Of a DNA stretch of 64,000 nucleotides, positions 8,635-18,733 are shown piece by piece (position 1 is the stretch's first letter; every line of letters begins with the position of its first letter). Origin of the DNA: an uncultured Planctomycetia bacterium (GTDB taxonomy: Bacteria > Omnitrophota > Gorgyraeia > 2-02-FULL-51-18); contig CAYSKO010000002.1 of assembly GCA_964431835.1 (NCBI GenBank), positions 22,802 through 86,801 of the forward strand. Reading direction: 5' to 3'. Both the position numbers and the translations under genes were made by a program. The notes beneath the pieces were generated by a model. It had not been told where the DNA came from. It did no database searches and saw only the letters and a program-made list of their open reading frames with translations.

Positions 8635-10374
8635 ATGCGTAATTTGAGGAAGTTTATAAACGTTTTTTTAATCGTTTTCTCAACCGTCGCGAACCCTTGC
8701 GCGATCCTCGCGGAAGAATTGGAAGAAGCGGAGGGCGAGGCCGACGTCGCGACGGCGGTGCGCGGCGAAGACAATCTCGTTTCGATGAACTTTGACGGTG
8801 CGCAGCTACGCGACGTGCTGAAGATTCTTTCCCAGCAGTCCGGCCTTAATTTCGTGGCGAGCGAAGACGTCGAATCGAAGAAGGTGACGGTTCTCTTGGA
8901 GGACGTTCCTGTCGGCGACGCACTTGAGAGCATCGTGCGCGCGAATTCCCTCCGCTACGAACGAAAGCCCGGCTCCAACGTCTTTGAGGTCTCCGCCGCG
9001 GAAGACACCTCGGGCGGCGTCCAGACGCGCGTCTTCATGCTCCGCTACACGCGTCTTTCGATTTCTCCTCTGGACGTGGGCGGTCAGAGCGCGATTAATG
9101 ATCTCCTCAAACCCGAAGAAGTCAGTGCCATCACGGCATCAGCCGGAGGCGCGGGCGCGGCAGCGGGCGCCGGAGCGGCGGGCGCCGAGTCGACCGGCAC
9201 GGAACTTGCGCTGGTCGCCGAACGCGGCGTCGATAAGATCGTCGCGACGCTCCTTTCCGAGACCGGAAAAGTCACGGTCGACATCCACACCAACAGCTTG
9301 ATCGTCACGGACGCCCCAGCCGTCCTCACAAAGATCGAGAAAGTACTCGAGAAGATCGACGTACCCACGCGTCAGGTCATGATCGAGTGCCACTTGATCG
9401 AGGTCTCAAAGACGGTGCTCGATGACCACGGCGTCGATTGGGGCGGCGCGAACGGCGCGCTCCTGGCGTTCGAGGGCGCCGACCGCTCGACTGCGTTTCC
9501 TTTCGCGGAGAGCATTTTCACGAACAGCTCCGAGCTTCGCGCCGCAACCCGGCCGAAGTCTGCGATCACGATGGGAACGGTCAGCGCAGAAAACTTCAGC
9601 GCAACGCTCCGCTTCATCACGAGCCAGTCCGATTCGAAAATCCTCGCGCGTCCGCGCGTGCTCACCCTGAACAACGAAGCCGCCAATATCCGTCTCGTCA
9701 CGAGCGCGGCGATCGCGCGCACCTCGACCATCACGGCGTCCGAAGGCATTACGACGCTCCAGACGGGCCAAGCCTCGCGGACAGACGTCGGCATCAGCCT
9801 GCGCATGACTCCCCAGGTGAACGAAAACCGCACGATCACGCTCTTCGTCGAGCCCTCTGTGACGACGGTCGCGGCGTCGACGTTCTTCCCGTCGGATTTC
9901 CTCGACCCCACCACCCGGTCGGTGCGGACGATGGCTCGCGTAAAGGACCATGAAACGCTCGTGATCGGCGGCCTCATCGACCGCAACCATTCACTTACCG
10001 ACAAACGGATCCCGGGACTCGGAAGCATTCCGTTCTTCGGCAACGCGTTCGCCTACAAAGAGCGCGGCAAGGCCGACCGCGAGCTGATCATCTTTATCAC
10101 GCCCCACATCGTGGAAGGGTACGACAGTCTGGCCGCGCAGAGCGCGACCGCGCCGGGCCGCGACACGGCGGTACGCCGCACCCTCGATTACTTCGTGAAA
10201 GAAGAAATGGAGCTCGCCACGGACCCGCTCGAGGACGCTGGTGCGGCACGCTTTCCGATCGACCGCCAGGAAAAGGCGATGCTCAAGCAGAGCGCCAAGC
10301 GCCCGGTCGCACCCTCCCTCGAGAAGGAAATGAGCCGCGCGCTCGATTCGCTCAGCCAAAAGAACGCGAAGTAA
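8635..10374 (+). CDS. secretin (PilQ/GspD family)
   Basis: N0/STN domain (VSMNFDGAQLRDVLK), N3 (DIHTNSLIVTD), QVMIE, PRVLTLNNE.A, VIGGLI, IPGLG.IP..G..F, ELIIFITPHIV. Confidence 0.92.
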   Translation: MRNLRKFINVFLIVFSTVANPCAILAEELEEAEGEADVATAVRGEDNLVSMNFDGAQLRDVLKILSQQSGLNFVASEDVESKKVTVLLEDVPVGDALESIVRANSLRYERKPGSNVFEVSAAEDTSGGVQTRVFMLRYTRLSISPLDVGGQSAINDLLKPEEVSAITASAGGAGAAAGAGAAGAESTGTELALVAERGVDKIVATLLSETGKVTVDIHTNSLIVTDAPAVLTKIEKVLEKIDVPTRQVMIECHLIEVSKTVLDDHGVDWGGANGALLAFEGADRSTAFPFAESIFTNSSELRAATRPKSAITMGTVSAENFSATLRFITSQSDSKILARPRVLTLNNEAANIRLVTSAAIARTSTITASEGITTLQTGQASRTDVGISLRMTPQVNENRTITLFVEPSVTTVAASTFFPSDFLDPTTRSVRTMARVKDHETLVIGGLIDRNHSLTDKRIPGLGSIPFFGNAFAYKERGKADRELIIFITPHIVEGYDSLAAQSATAPGRDTAVRRTLDYFVKEEMELATDPLEDAGAARFPIDRQEKAMLKQSAKRPVAPSLEKEMSRALDSLSQKNAK

Positions 10375-10376
10375 CC

Positions 10377-12089
10377 TTGGGTAAACCCCACGTTCGGCTC
10401 GGCGAACTGCTGATCAAAGAGGGGAAAGTCACCCTCGCCGACATCGAACGCGCGATCGAGCTCCAAAAAAAAGACGAAACCTTCCTTGGCACCATCCTCG
10501 TCAAGCTCGGGGCGATCAGCGACGAGGATCTCGCGATCGCGCTCTCGAAGCAGCTCGGCGTCGCTTACGTTTCACGCGCGAACGGCCTCTTGATCCCCAT
10601 GCTCGATCAGGAGCTCAACAAACTCGTTCCCGAGGATTTCGCCCGCCGCCATTCCGTGCTGCCGATCCAGCTCGCCGGAGATACGCTCCGCGTGGCCATG
10701 ATCGACCCGACCGACATCGTCCTTCTCGACAACCTGAACCGCATCACGGCCCGATCGATCGACCGCGTGATCGCCACGAAGAAGGAGATCGACGCCGCGA
10801 TCGGCCAGTTCTACGGCGAAGGCGGCATGCTGAAAACCGCCATCGAAGCCTCCTTTCAGGCGAAGGAGCTGATCGGCGAAAGGGAGGACTTCGACTCTCA
10901 AATCTCGCTCGACGACCTCGTCGCCAGCGCCGAGAAGGCGCCGGTCATCAAGCTCACGGACCTCATCATCCGCCAGGCAATCAAAGAACGCGCCTCGGAT
11001 ATCCATCTCGAGCCGTTCGCGAACAAGATCGCGATCCGCTTCCGCATCGACGGCGTCCTGCGCGAAATATCGCCGCCGGACAAGTCGATGATGCTGCCGC
11101 TCATCTCGCGCGTGAAGATTCTCGCGAAGATGGACATCGCCGAGAAGCGTCTTCCCCAAGACGGGAGCTTCCGTGCCACGATCGAGAACCGCGCGATCGA
11201 TTTCCGCGTGTCGACGATCCCGACCGTGCACGGCGAGAAGATGGTTCTTCGTATCCTGGACCGCTCGTCCCTCAGTCTCACGCTGGACGGCCTGGGTTTC
11301 TCGCCGGACGAGAGCGCCATGTTCCGCAAAGCGATCAACCGGCCCTACGGTATGATTCTCCTGACGGGCCCGACCGGAAGCGGCAAAACGACCACCCTTT
11401 ATTCGGCTCTCAACGAACTGAAGAGCGGCGAAAAGAACATCGTCACCATCGAAGATCCGGTGGAGTACCAGATCCAGGGCATCAACCAGGTCCAGGTGAA
11501 GTCGTCGATCGGGCTCACGTTCGCGAGCGGCCTCCGCGCGTTCCTGCGTCAGGATCCGGACATCATGCTCGTCGGCGAAACCCGCGATCTCGAGACCGCG
11601 CAGATCTGCGTGCGCGCGGCGCTCACGGGCCACCTGGTTTTCACGACCCTTCACACCAACGACGCCCCGACGGCCATCAACCGCCTTATCGATTTGGGTA
11701 TTGAGCCATTTTTCGTCACGTCGTCCCTGCTTCTCACGGTCGCGCAGCGTCTGGTCCGGCGCCTTTGCCCGAAATGCAAAGAGCCGGTCGCCGCGGCCGA
11801 ATCCGGGCTTCCTTCGCCGTTTAAGGACGAAGCGAAGACCGTGTTCACGGCCCGGGGTTGCGACGCCTGCGCCAACACCGGCTACCTCGGCCGAATCCCG
11901 ATTTTCGAGATGATGTCCATGAGCGAGAAAATCGAGACGCTCGCTCTTCGAAACGCCGGCATGGCCGAGATCCGCGAGGCCGCGCGCGCCGCAGGAATGG
12001 TGACTCTCGAAGAAAGCGGCTACAGAAAAGTGCTTCGCGGCGACACCTCGCTCGAGGAAATTCTCCGCATGACGATGAGCGGTGGCTAA
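10377..12089 (+). CDS. pilB: type IV pilus extension ATPase PilB (GspE/PulE) with N-terminal MshEN domain
   Basis: RLGELL MshEN motif, ASDIHLEP, GPTGSGKTT, LRQDPD, two CxxC zinc motifs. Confidence 0.93.
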   Translation: MGKPHVRLGELLIKEGKVTLADIERAIELQKKDETFLGTILVKLGAISDEDLAIALSKQLGVAYVSRANGLLIPMLDQELNKLVPEDFARRHSVLPIQLAGDTLRVAMIDPTDIVLLDNLNRITARSIDRVIATKKEIDAAIGQFYGEGGMLKTAIEASFQAKELIGEREDFDSQISLDDLVASAEKAPVIKLTDLIIRQAIKERASDIHLEPFANKIAIRFRIDGVLREISPPDKSMMLPLISRVKILAKMDIAEKRLPQDGSFRATIENRAIDFRVSTIPTVHGEKMVLRILDRSSLSLTLDGLGFSPDESAMFRKAINRPYGMILLTGPTGSGKTTTLYSALNELKSGEKNIVTIEDPVEYQIQGINQVQVKSSIGLTFASGLRAFLRQDPDIMLVGETRDLETAQICVRAALTGHLVFTTLHTNDAPTAINRLIDLGIEPFFVTSSLLLTVAQRLVRRLCPKCKEPVAAAESGLPSPFKDEAKTVFTARGCDACANTGYLGRIPIFEMMSMSEKIETLALRNAGMAEIREAARAAGMVTLEESGYRKVLRGDTSLEEILRMTMSGG

Positions 12090-12092
12090 AGA

Positions 12093-13304
12093 GTGGCGAC
12101 TTACAGTTATACCGCGCGCGATTCGCGCGGCGGCCAGCTGACGGGCTTTCAGGAAGCCACGAACGAGTCCGAGGCGGTGAAGATCCTCCAGACGCGGGGA
12201 CTCACCATCACGAAAATCGGCCAGCCATCCGACGCTCATTCGACGGGCCGCAAAAAACGCCTCCGCAAACGCATCAAACAGGAAGATTACCTCGTTTTTA
12301 CGCGCGAGACCGCGACGCTTCTCGAAGCAGGCATCCCGCTCCTTCGCACGCTCGAGGTCATCGCCGAACAGGTCGAAAGCGCGAAACTCAGGACAACGGT
12401 CATCCAGATGATCACGGACATCAAAGCCGGGTCGACGTTCAAAGACGCGGTCGCGCACCACCCTAAAATATTCCCGGGTCTCTGGGTCCATCTACTCGAA
12501 GCGGGCGAGCTCTCGGGAAATCTCACGCTCGTCCTCAGCCAGATCGCGGAGCATCTCGAGACGAGCATCGGCATGAAGAAGAAGCTCGTGTCGGCGCTCG
12601 CGTATCCCGCGGTCCTCATCTGTGTCGCAGTCGGCGCCATATTCGTGTTCCTCCTCAAGATCATCCCGGTGTTCGACGATCTTTTCAAGAGCATGAACGC
12701 GCAGCTGCCTTTTCTGACGCAGGTAGTCATCAATCTCAGTCACGCGCTGCAGAAATATTTCGTCTGGTTCATCGTCGCCGTGGCCGTGGCTTCGTGGCTT
12801 TTCAAGCGCTGGATCGCCACGCCGACGGGCCGCCGAGCGATGGACGCGCTTCTTCTGCGCCTGCCGGTTTTCGGGAACCTCATGCGCGACGTGATCGTGG
12901 CGCGCATCACGGTCAATCTGGCGACGCTCGTGCGAAGCGGGGTGAACATCATCCAGTCGGTGGATATCACCTCCAAGGCCGCCGGCAATGCGCTCTACCG
13001 TGAAGCGCTGGAGCGCACGAAAAATGACCTTCAGCAGGGGAAGGCGATGTCGTCCTCGATGGCGGAGAGTCCGCTCTTCGCGCCGATCGTCGTCCACATG
13101 GTGATGATCGGAGAGGAGAGCGGAAAGCTCTCCGACATGCTCGGAAAACTCGCCGATTACTATGAGGACCGGGTCGAGGTTTTTCTCGGCCGGCTCGGTG
13201 TCCTCATTGAGCCCTTGATTCTAGTCGTGATTGGCGGGGTGATCGCTTTTCTCGTTATCGCAATGTTCTTACCGATACTCAGTCTCAGTCAAATCGTTAA
13301 ATGA
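12093..13304 (+). CDS. pilC: inner-membrane platform protein PilC (GspF family)
   Basis: AGELSG.L, ALAYP, GEESGKL and EPLILV duplicated GspF motifs. Confidence 0.93.
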   Translation: MATYSYTARDSRGGQLTGFQEATNESEAVKILQTRGLTITKIGQPSDAHSTGRKKRLRKRIKQEDYLVFTRETATLLEAGIPLLRTLEVIAEQVESAKLRTTVIQMITDIKAGSTFKDAVAHHPKIFPGLWVHLLEAGELSGNLTLVLSQIAEHLETSIGMKKKLVSALAYPAVLICVAVGAIFVFLLKIIPVFDDLFKSMNAQLPFLTQVVINLSHALQKYFVWFIVAVAVASWLFKRWIATPTGRRAMDALLLRLPVFGNLMRDVIVARITVNLATLVRSGVNIIQSVDITSKAAGNALYREALERTKNDLQQGKAMSSSMAESPLFAPIVVHMVMIGEESGKLSDMLGKLADYYEDRVEVFLGRLGVLIEPLILVVIGGVIAFLVIAMFLPILSLSQIVK

Positions 13305-13350
13305 AGGCGTCGAAACCGATTAAAGAGTTAAATAAAACCTTTAATAACTG

Positions 13351-13379
13351 TTGCGCCAACTCCGCTGGAGTGATATACT
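13351..13379 (+). promoter_or_regulatory. promoter of the major pilin, TTGCGC-17bp-TATACT with extended TG
   Basis: 17-bp spacer, AT-rich upstream region, GGGGGA RBS before 13441. Confidence 0.6.
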
Positions 13380-13440
13380 AACAAGTAGAAAGAATAACCA
13401 ATACTAAGTTTTGTTGGGGTGTACATAAAGGGGGAAAGTT

Positions 13441-13851
13441 ATGATTAACCTGCTCGGATCCAAGCGCTTGGGCAACCAAAAAGGCTTCACGCTGCTTGAA
13501 ATCCTGATCGTCATCATCATCCTCGGCATTCTCGCCGCGTTGGCCATTCCGGTGTATTCGGCCGTCCGCGAAAAAGCCGTGAAACAAGAAGGTTACCAGC
13601 AGTTGGCGGCGACGCGTGAAGCGCAGCAGCGTTACTTTGCGGCCTACAACGCGTACACCAACGATACGGGTCTGCTCGAATACGACCCGAACGCCGTAGC
13701 GGCGGGCGTGTCCAAGCACTACGACTACACGTTCCCTGCGGCGTCGGCGACGGCGTTCACGGTTCGTGCGACGCGTAATTCGACGGCGCCTACGCCGCCG
13801 GCCGCGTACTACCTCGAAGTCAACGAGGCGGGAACGATCACGGAAGTCTAA
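13441..13851 (+). CDS. type IVa pilin, probable major pilin
   Basis: KG/FTLLE prepilin site with Glu5; own promoter and downstream terminator. Confidence 0.85.
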   Translation: MINLLGSKRLGNQKGFTLLEILIVIIILGILAALAIPVYSAVREKAVKQEGYQQLAATREAQQRYFAAYNAYTNDTGLLEYDPNAVAAGVSKHYDYTFPAASATAFTVRATRNSTAPTPPAAYYLEVNEAGTITEV

Positions 13852-13860
13852 AGAAACCGG

Positions 13861-13902
13861 AAAGCCAAGCGGTCCTTACAGGCCGCTTGGCTTTTCTTTT
13901 TT
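13861..13902 (+). terminator. intrinsic terminator or attenuator between the major pilin and downstream genes
   Basis: AAAGCCAAGCGG...CCGCTTGGCTTT stem followed by a T-run. Confidence 0.8.
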
Positions 13903-13915
13903 GAGGGCCCGAAGC

Positions 13916-14326
13916 GTGCGAAACAGTCAAGATGGAATGACTTTGACGGAGATCACGATCGTCTCCGTGATCCTCGTGATGATGGCGGGCCTGGCGATTC
14001 CCAGTTATTTCAAAACCGTCGAGGAATCCCGCTCGAGCGAAGCGAAGGCGAATTTGAGCACGCTCCATTTCGCGCAGAAAATCTTTCGCGAGAGCAACTC
14101 GGCGAAGAAATTTTATCCCGTCGGCGGCGGGACGAAGACCACGACCTCCGACCTCACCGAAATCACGACCCAGCTGAACGTCGATATTTCCCCGAATTTT
14201 TATAATATCGAGATCGAAACCGCCGGTGGCGGAAGCACCACCGACTACACAGCGACCGCCACTCGCTCGAACGACTCGACCCGCAGATACCGAGTAGACG
14301 AATCCGGCGTCGTCATCAAGCTCTAA
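13916..14326 (+). CDS. PilE-like type IV pilin
   Basis: GTG start; G/MTLTE prepilin site; LAIPSY, SEAKANL and YTATATR pilin motifs. Confidence 0.8.
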   Translation: MRNSQDGMTLTEITIVSVILVMMAGLAIPSYFKTVEESRSSEAKANLSTLHFAQKIFRESNSAKKFYPVGGGTKTTTSDLTEITTQLNVDISPNFYNIEIETAGGGSTTDYTATATRSNDSTRRYRVDESGVVIKL

Positions 14327-14336
14327 GGGAGCCGTT

Positions 14337-15473
14337 ATGAGGAAAGTCCCAGCTGTTCCGAAAGCGCCGATCCTGGCGCTTTTTATGCTTTCCGCGGTGT
14401 CCGCGGCCCTCGCGACGGACGTGGATAAATCCACGGAATATCCCGTGCCGTCCGGCATCTACGACGGGATCACTGTTTCTCGCTACCTCCGCATGGGAAT
14501 TCCCACGGCCGCGGTTCCCGACGTGGACGCCCACACCCCGAACGCCGGCACGGCAAATCCGGCGACCGCCTCCCAGGCGGCCCTGACCATCAACGGCAAC
14601 GTTTATATCCATCCGCTCGATCTCAATCTCACGGACGCGCAGCCGCCGGTCCCTTACGTGCCCCTGGATACCGACGGCGGCGCCGGAGCCACAGTACCGC
14701 TTCGCGACGTGGTCATCGACGAGAAGCTGACGGTGGACGGCACGACGTTCCGCGTCGTTCCGCTCAATTGGTGGGGCAATAGCCACTGGACTGCCGTGAA
14801 TGTCCCCGGTGCCGTCACTGGTGACAGCCGCGGCAGCGAATTCCAGGTCAACGGTGACATTCACGCCTACGCGTATCGCGCTTCCCAGAGGTATCCCGAT
14901 CAAAACGACACGCGCGTCCATTTCGGGCCAACGAAGGTAAGCGGTGTCTCGTGGCTCGACATGCGGGCCAAGACAGGCATGATCGACGCCAATCAGTGGG
15001 CGCACGGCATGAGCACGCTTTATTTCCGTGCCGATCCGATGCTCGTTTTGAACGGCTACTCGCGAGCCAACGTCGGTATCGGCACGACGAATCCCACTTA
15101 TCTTCTGCAGGTGGGCGATCCGGGCTCCGGCCTGCAGGCGATCGCGCATTCATGGGACATTTATAGCTCGCGCGCCTACAAAACCGACATCCGCCCTTTT
15201 TCGCCCGCCGATTACAGATTGGCCGCCGACAGAGTGGGGGATCTGAACCTCGTTCGTTTCCGTTACAAAGAGGACAAGCCAGGCGACAAGAAAATACTCG
15301 GATTCATCGCCGAGGAAGCTCCAAATGAAATTCTCTCACCGGACGGCAAAGCCGTGAGCCTCGGGGACACGCTGGGTTTCCTGCTGGCGGCCATCAAAGG
15401 CCTCAAAGCCGAAAACGACGCGCTCCGGACCGAGATCGAGCGGCTCGAAACCGCCGGGGGGAGGCTTTTGTGA
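14337..15473 (+). CDS. secreted fibre protein 1 with C-terminal intramolecular chaperone (Peptidase_S74/ICA-like) domain
   Basis: Sec signal; NVGIGTTNP; SSRAYKTDI, FRYK, GFIAEE, then coiled coil. Confidence 0.8.
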   Translation: MRKVPAVPKAPILALFMLSAVSAALATDVDKSTEYPVPSGIYDGITVSRYLRMGIPTAAVPDVDAHTPNAGTANPATASQAALTINGNVYIHPLDLNLTDAQPPVPYVPLDTDGGAGATVPLRDVVIDEKLTVDGTTFRVVPLNWWGNSHWTAVNVPGAVTGDSRGSEFQVNGDIHAYAYRASQRYPDQNDTRVHFGPTKVSGVSWLDMRAKTGMIDANQWAHGMSTLYFRADPMLVLNGYSRANVGIGTTNPTYLLQVGDPGSGLQAIAHSWDIYSSRAYKTDIRPFSPADYRLAADRVGDLNLVRFRYKEDKPGDKKILGFIAEEAPNEILSPDGKAVSLGDTLGFLLAAIKGLKAENDALRTEIERLETAGGRLL

Positions 15474-16591
15474 GGCGGCTCGCTTTCATCCTCCTCTTGG
15501 GTTTCGCACTGACGCAGGACGCGCGCGCGGCCGAAATCGACGTTACCACGTATTACGACGCCCCTTTCGGCGATTACAAAGAATTCCGGCTCTCCGGCAC
15601 TCTCGCCGCAGGGCTCGTCGACGCCGATCCGGGTCCTCTTTTGATCGGCGCCGGAAGCTACACGGCCGCTTTCTTCGGCGGCTTCAACGTGTGGAACAAT
15701 GACATTCCCGGGCACCTCGGGGCGAGCCGCGGCGGAGGGCTCACGGTCACGGGAAATCTCGACATTCAGGACGCCCTCGGGATCTCGCTTCTTTACGTGA
15801 ACGCGACGACCGACCGCGTCGGCATCGGGACGCGGGCGCCCGCAGCGGCGCTCGACGTGCGCGGCGAAGCCAAGGCGATCAACCTCTTCGCGTATGCGTC
15901 TCCGCTCGACCCGACCCAGCCGTACGCGGAAATGAACACCGAGGTCACGCCAGAGCGCTTCGGGGCGGGCTACTGGTGGAACCAGACGTTCCCGCATAGA
16001 TACCGTTTCTGCACGATGCACATCGACGGCGATCCGATCGCGATCCAATCGATCGACAAGAGTGCGATGGGGCTGGGAGGCTTGGGCCGAGGCCAGCTCA
16101 TCATAAACGGCATGCCCGTCGGCTACGTCACGTACGACGCGAAAGTGATTCTCGTTGTGGGAGAACCCCAGCAGAACCAAGTCCTCGACCCCGATCCCGA
16201 CGAGGCTACCGGTGACGGAGACGGGGATCCGAATCAGGGCGACTATCCCGTGGCGCTGCCGAAGCCGCAGGCCTTCGCCCATCAGTGGTATCAGTTCAGT
16301 TCCCGCGAGTACAAAAAGGACATCGTGCCTTTGATGCCCGCGGAGTATGGCACGATTCTCTCTTCGCTTGCGGTGATGGATGTCGTTCGCTACCGTTTCC
16401 ATTCGGAAAGCGGCACGACGAAACCGCACGTCGGGTTGATCGCCGAAGACGTGCCCGAGGACATGGCGCAGTCCGACCGCAAATCCATCGGACTAGGCGA
16501 GCAGGCCGCGTTTCTCCTGGCGTCCGCTAAAGCGCTCAGGGGCGAACAGGACGACATGCGCGCCCGCGTCGAAAGGCTGAAAAAATCATGA
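15470..16591 (+). CDS. secreted fibre protein 2 with Peptidase_S74/ICA-like domain
   Basis: Sec signal; RVGIGTRAP; SSREYKKDI, YRF, GLIAED, coiled coil. Confidence 0.8.
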   Translation: MRRLAFILLLGFALTQDARAAEIDVTTYYDAPFGDYKEFRLSGTLAAGLVDADPGPLLIGAGSYTAAFFGGFNVWNNDIPGHLGASRGGGLTVTGNLDIQDALGISLLYVNATTDRVGIGTRAPAAALDVRGEAKAINLFAYASPLDPTQPYAEMNTEVTPERFGAGYWWNQTFPHRYRFCTMHIDGDPIAIQSIDKSAMGLGGLGRGQLIINGMPVGYVTYDAKVILVVGEPQQNQVLDPDPDEATGDGDGDPNQGDYPVALPKPQAFAHQWYQFSSREYKKDIVPLMPAEYGTILSSLAVMDVVRYRFHSESGTTKPHVGLIAEDVPEDMAQSDRKSIGLGEQAAFLLASAKALRGEQDDMRARVERLKKS

Positions 16592-17754
16592 ACGCGCGCT
16601 TTTTCGCAACGATCGCTCTTGCCGCATTCATCGCAGCGCCTTTGCCGGCGCTGGCGGACGACGTGACGGTTCGAACGACCTATCCGAACCGCTTCGGCGA
16701 ACACACGAACGCCGACACCGAAAGCTCTCTAACGGTGGGGTCTCTCACGCAGGGCGCCTCGACGAACGTCTTCGGGGACGTCTCGATCGTGGGCGATCTC
16801 GTCATCACGAAGCCGACGAACGGCCTCGTACGCATCGCCCCCTCGCACGGCCCTTACCAGGAAGACGGCCTGCGCGTGCACCCCAACGGAAGCATTTCGA
16901 TCGGCAGCAACGTCGTCCTGCCGGCCGCGAATCCGCCCAAACTAAAGTCCCATACGACGCTGAAGGGCCGCCGACTTTACGCGTACGGCGATCCCGCGGA
17001 CACACACACGGTGTACGGGCTCATGCAGGGGTATCTCGATACTTCAGCAAGTTCCTATCATCTCCAGCGCAAAGCGCTCTTCGCGTCGCGTCCTGTCGCC
17101 GGCGGCAACATCATCGATCCCGCCGCCGGAACGTACGGGCCTCTCCGCATCGACGGCAGAGAAGTGCAAATGGGCCCACAGTACGATCCGAACGTACCGA
17201 CGGGACGTGGAAACCCCTCCGATCCTTGGTTTACAGGAATGCTCGAGCGGGTCATCATCGGCACGAACGAGATGTGGCTCGATCCGGTCGATACGCCGGA
17301 ACCTGAGATTTTCCTTCAGGTGGGCCATCCGACCGATCCCGACCCCACCGATCCCGAGCGCATCCCCGGCATAAACGGTGCTCCAGACGAGCCGCCGCAG
17401 CCGACCGGCGGCGCGGCGAGTAACTGGCGGGTTTTCAGCTCGCGTGAGTATAAGAAGGACATCGTGCCGTTCGACGCCGCCGCGCAGGCGGGCGCGCTCG
17501 AGGCGATCTCCCGGCTCGACGTGGTCCGCTACCGCTTTAAGAGCGAGCCCGTGAACGCCAAGCCGCATACCGGCGTGATCGCGGAGGACCTCCCCGCCGC
17601 CATCCGCTCGGCGAGCGGCAAAGGCCTGGACCTTGGCCAGGCGTATTCCTACGCCGCGGCGGCGCTCAAAGCGCTGAAGACCGAGAACGACGTGCTCAAG
17701 ACCCGTCTCGAAAAGCTCGAAGCGGAAGCGGCGGCCCGAAAGGCGCGGCCGTGA
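16588..17754 (+). CDS. secreted fibre protein 3 with Peptidase_S74/ICA-like domain
   Basis: Sec signal; SSREYKKDI, YRFK, GVIAED, coiled coil. Confidence 0.8.
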   Translation: MNARFFATIALAAFIAAPLPALADDVTVRTTYPNRFGEHTNADTESSLTVGSLTQGASTNVFGDVSIVGDLVITKPTNGLVRIAPSHGPYQEDGLRVHPNGSISIGSNVVLPAANPPKLKSHTTLKGRRLYAYGDPADTHTVYGLMQGYLDTSASSYHLQRKALFASRPVAGGNIIDPAAGTYGPLRIDGREVQMGPQYDPNVPTGRGNPSDPWFTGMLERVIIGTNEMWLDPVDTPEPEIFLQVGHPTDPDPTDPERIPGINGAPDEPPQPTGGAASNWRVFSSREYKKDIVPFDAAAQAGALEAISRLDVVRYRFKSEPVNAKPHTGVIAEDLPAAIRSASGKGLDLGQAYSYAAAALKALKTENDVLKTRLEKLEAEAAARKARP

Positions 17755-18101
17755 AACTCTCCTCGGCGCGTGGTCTTACGCTCGTCGAGATCGTGATATC
17801 CGCTCTTCTTATTTCGACCGTCATGGCGCTTCTTTTGAACGCGTTCGTAAACGCCAGTAAATGGATTTCTCCCGAGAACAACATCGCTCACGGCCTCGCG
17901 CGCGAGAAATTGGAGAATCTTCTGGAAGAGGTCCGCCAGGACCGTTGGGACGACGCGGCTCGGCGCCTGCATCCCGATTACGATCCGCCGTCCGAAGCTC
18001 TCACGTTGAACGCCGTCGCCTACACGCGCGACTACGACGTGGAGGCTGTGACCGGGAGGCCCTACCGCAAAGCGAAGGTGACCGTCCAATGGCCTTCTTA
18101 A
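17751..18101 (+). CDS. minor pilin, PilV/GspI-like
   Basis: RG/LTLVE; LAREKLE; C-terminal KVTVQW. Confidence 0.75.
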   Translation: MKLSSARGLTLVEIVISALLISTVMALLLNAFVNASKWISPENNIAHGLAREKLENLLEEVRQDRWDDAARRLHPDYDPPSEALTLNAVAYTRDYDVEAVTGRPYRKAKVTVQWPS

Positions 18102-18733
18102 AATCTTCCCGCGGCGTCACGCTGGTGGAAATCGTCATCGCGGTTCTCCTCATCTCGGTGATCTTCCTCGGGTCGACGACGGTCTACGTGACCGCACTCA
18201 AATTCTTCAACGCTGTCCGCGACAAGTCGCCGCAGGTTTACGGCTTTCTCGCCGCCGAGACGGTCGTCCGGAAAGTCGCGGTCGCGAGTGAGGCTATCGT
18301 GAACGACTCGGGCTCCTCGAACGGCGCGTCGACCTTGGACGCGGATGGCCTGAACTACGTGACCGGTAAACAGATCAAGATCCGCTGGGATTTCACCCTC
18401 GCTGATTGGACGCCGCTCAACACGCCTTCCAACACCGCGGACGATACGTGGGTGAAATACAAGATCATCGAGAATCCCGGCGGTTCCGGGACCTACCGAC
18501 TTTACACGCGCAAGGACGCGAGCGTCACGGCCGACGTCACGACCGCTGACGAAGAAGTGGACACGCTTCTCACGCTAGGAGCCAATTCCGTGTTCCGCCT
18601 TTCAAGCCCGAGCGGCAACGCCGAAGGTGCGGCGACCACGGTGGATGTGCATCTGGAAACCGTCGGAGGCAGCTCGTCCCAGACGGTCGTGATCCATACC
18701 GACACCGCCGTGGGCGGGGGCGCCAAAAGATGA
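18089..18733 (+). CDS. minor pilin, PilW/GspJ-like
   Basis: ATG 18089; RG/VTLVE prepilin site. Confidence 0.7.
   Translation: MAFLKSSRGVTLVEIVIAVLLISVIFLGSTTVYVTALKFFNAVRDKSPQVYGFLAAETVVRKVAVASEAIVNDSGSSNGASTLDADGLNYVTGKQIKIRWDFTLADWTPLNTPSNTADDTWVKYKIIENPGGSGTYRLYTRKDASVTADVTTADEEVDTLLTLGANSVFRLSSPSGNAEGAATTVDVHLETVGGSSSQTVVIHTDTAVGGGAKR

Noticed and set aside
10572-12491. Long antisense ORFs (also 5508-6938, 23166-24707, 24538-26562, 26739-28151, 29604-30845, 49278-50618)
   Set aside because: Shadow frames of well-supported GC-rich genes; no motifs or RBS
14337-17754. Prophage tail module
   Set aside because: The proteins have Sec signals and lie inside a pilin operon; no capsid, terminase, integrase or other tail genes nearby
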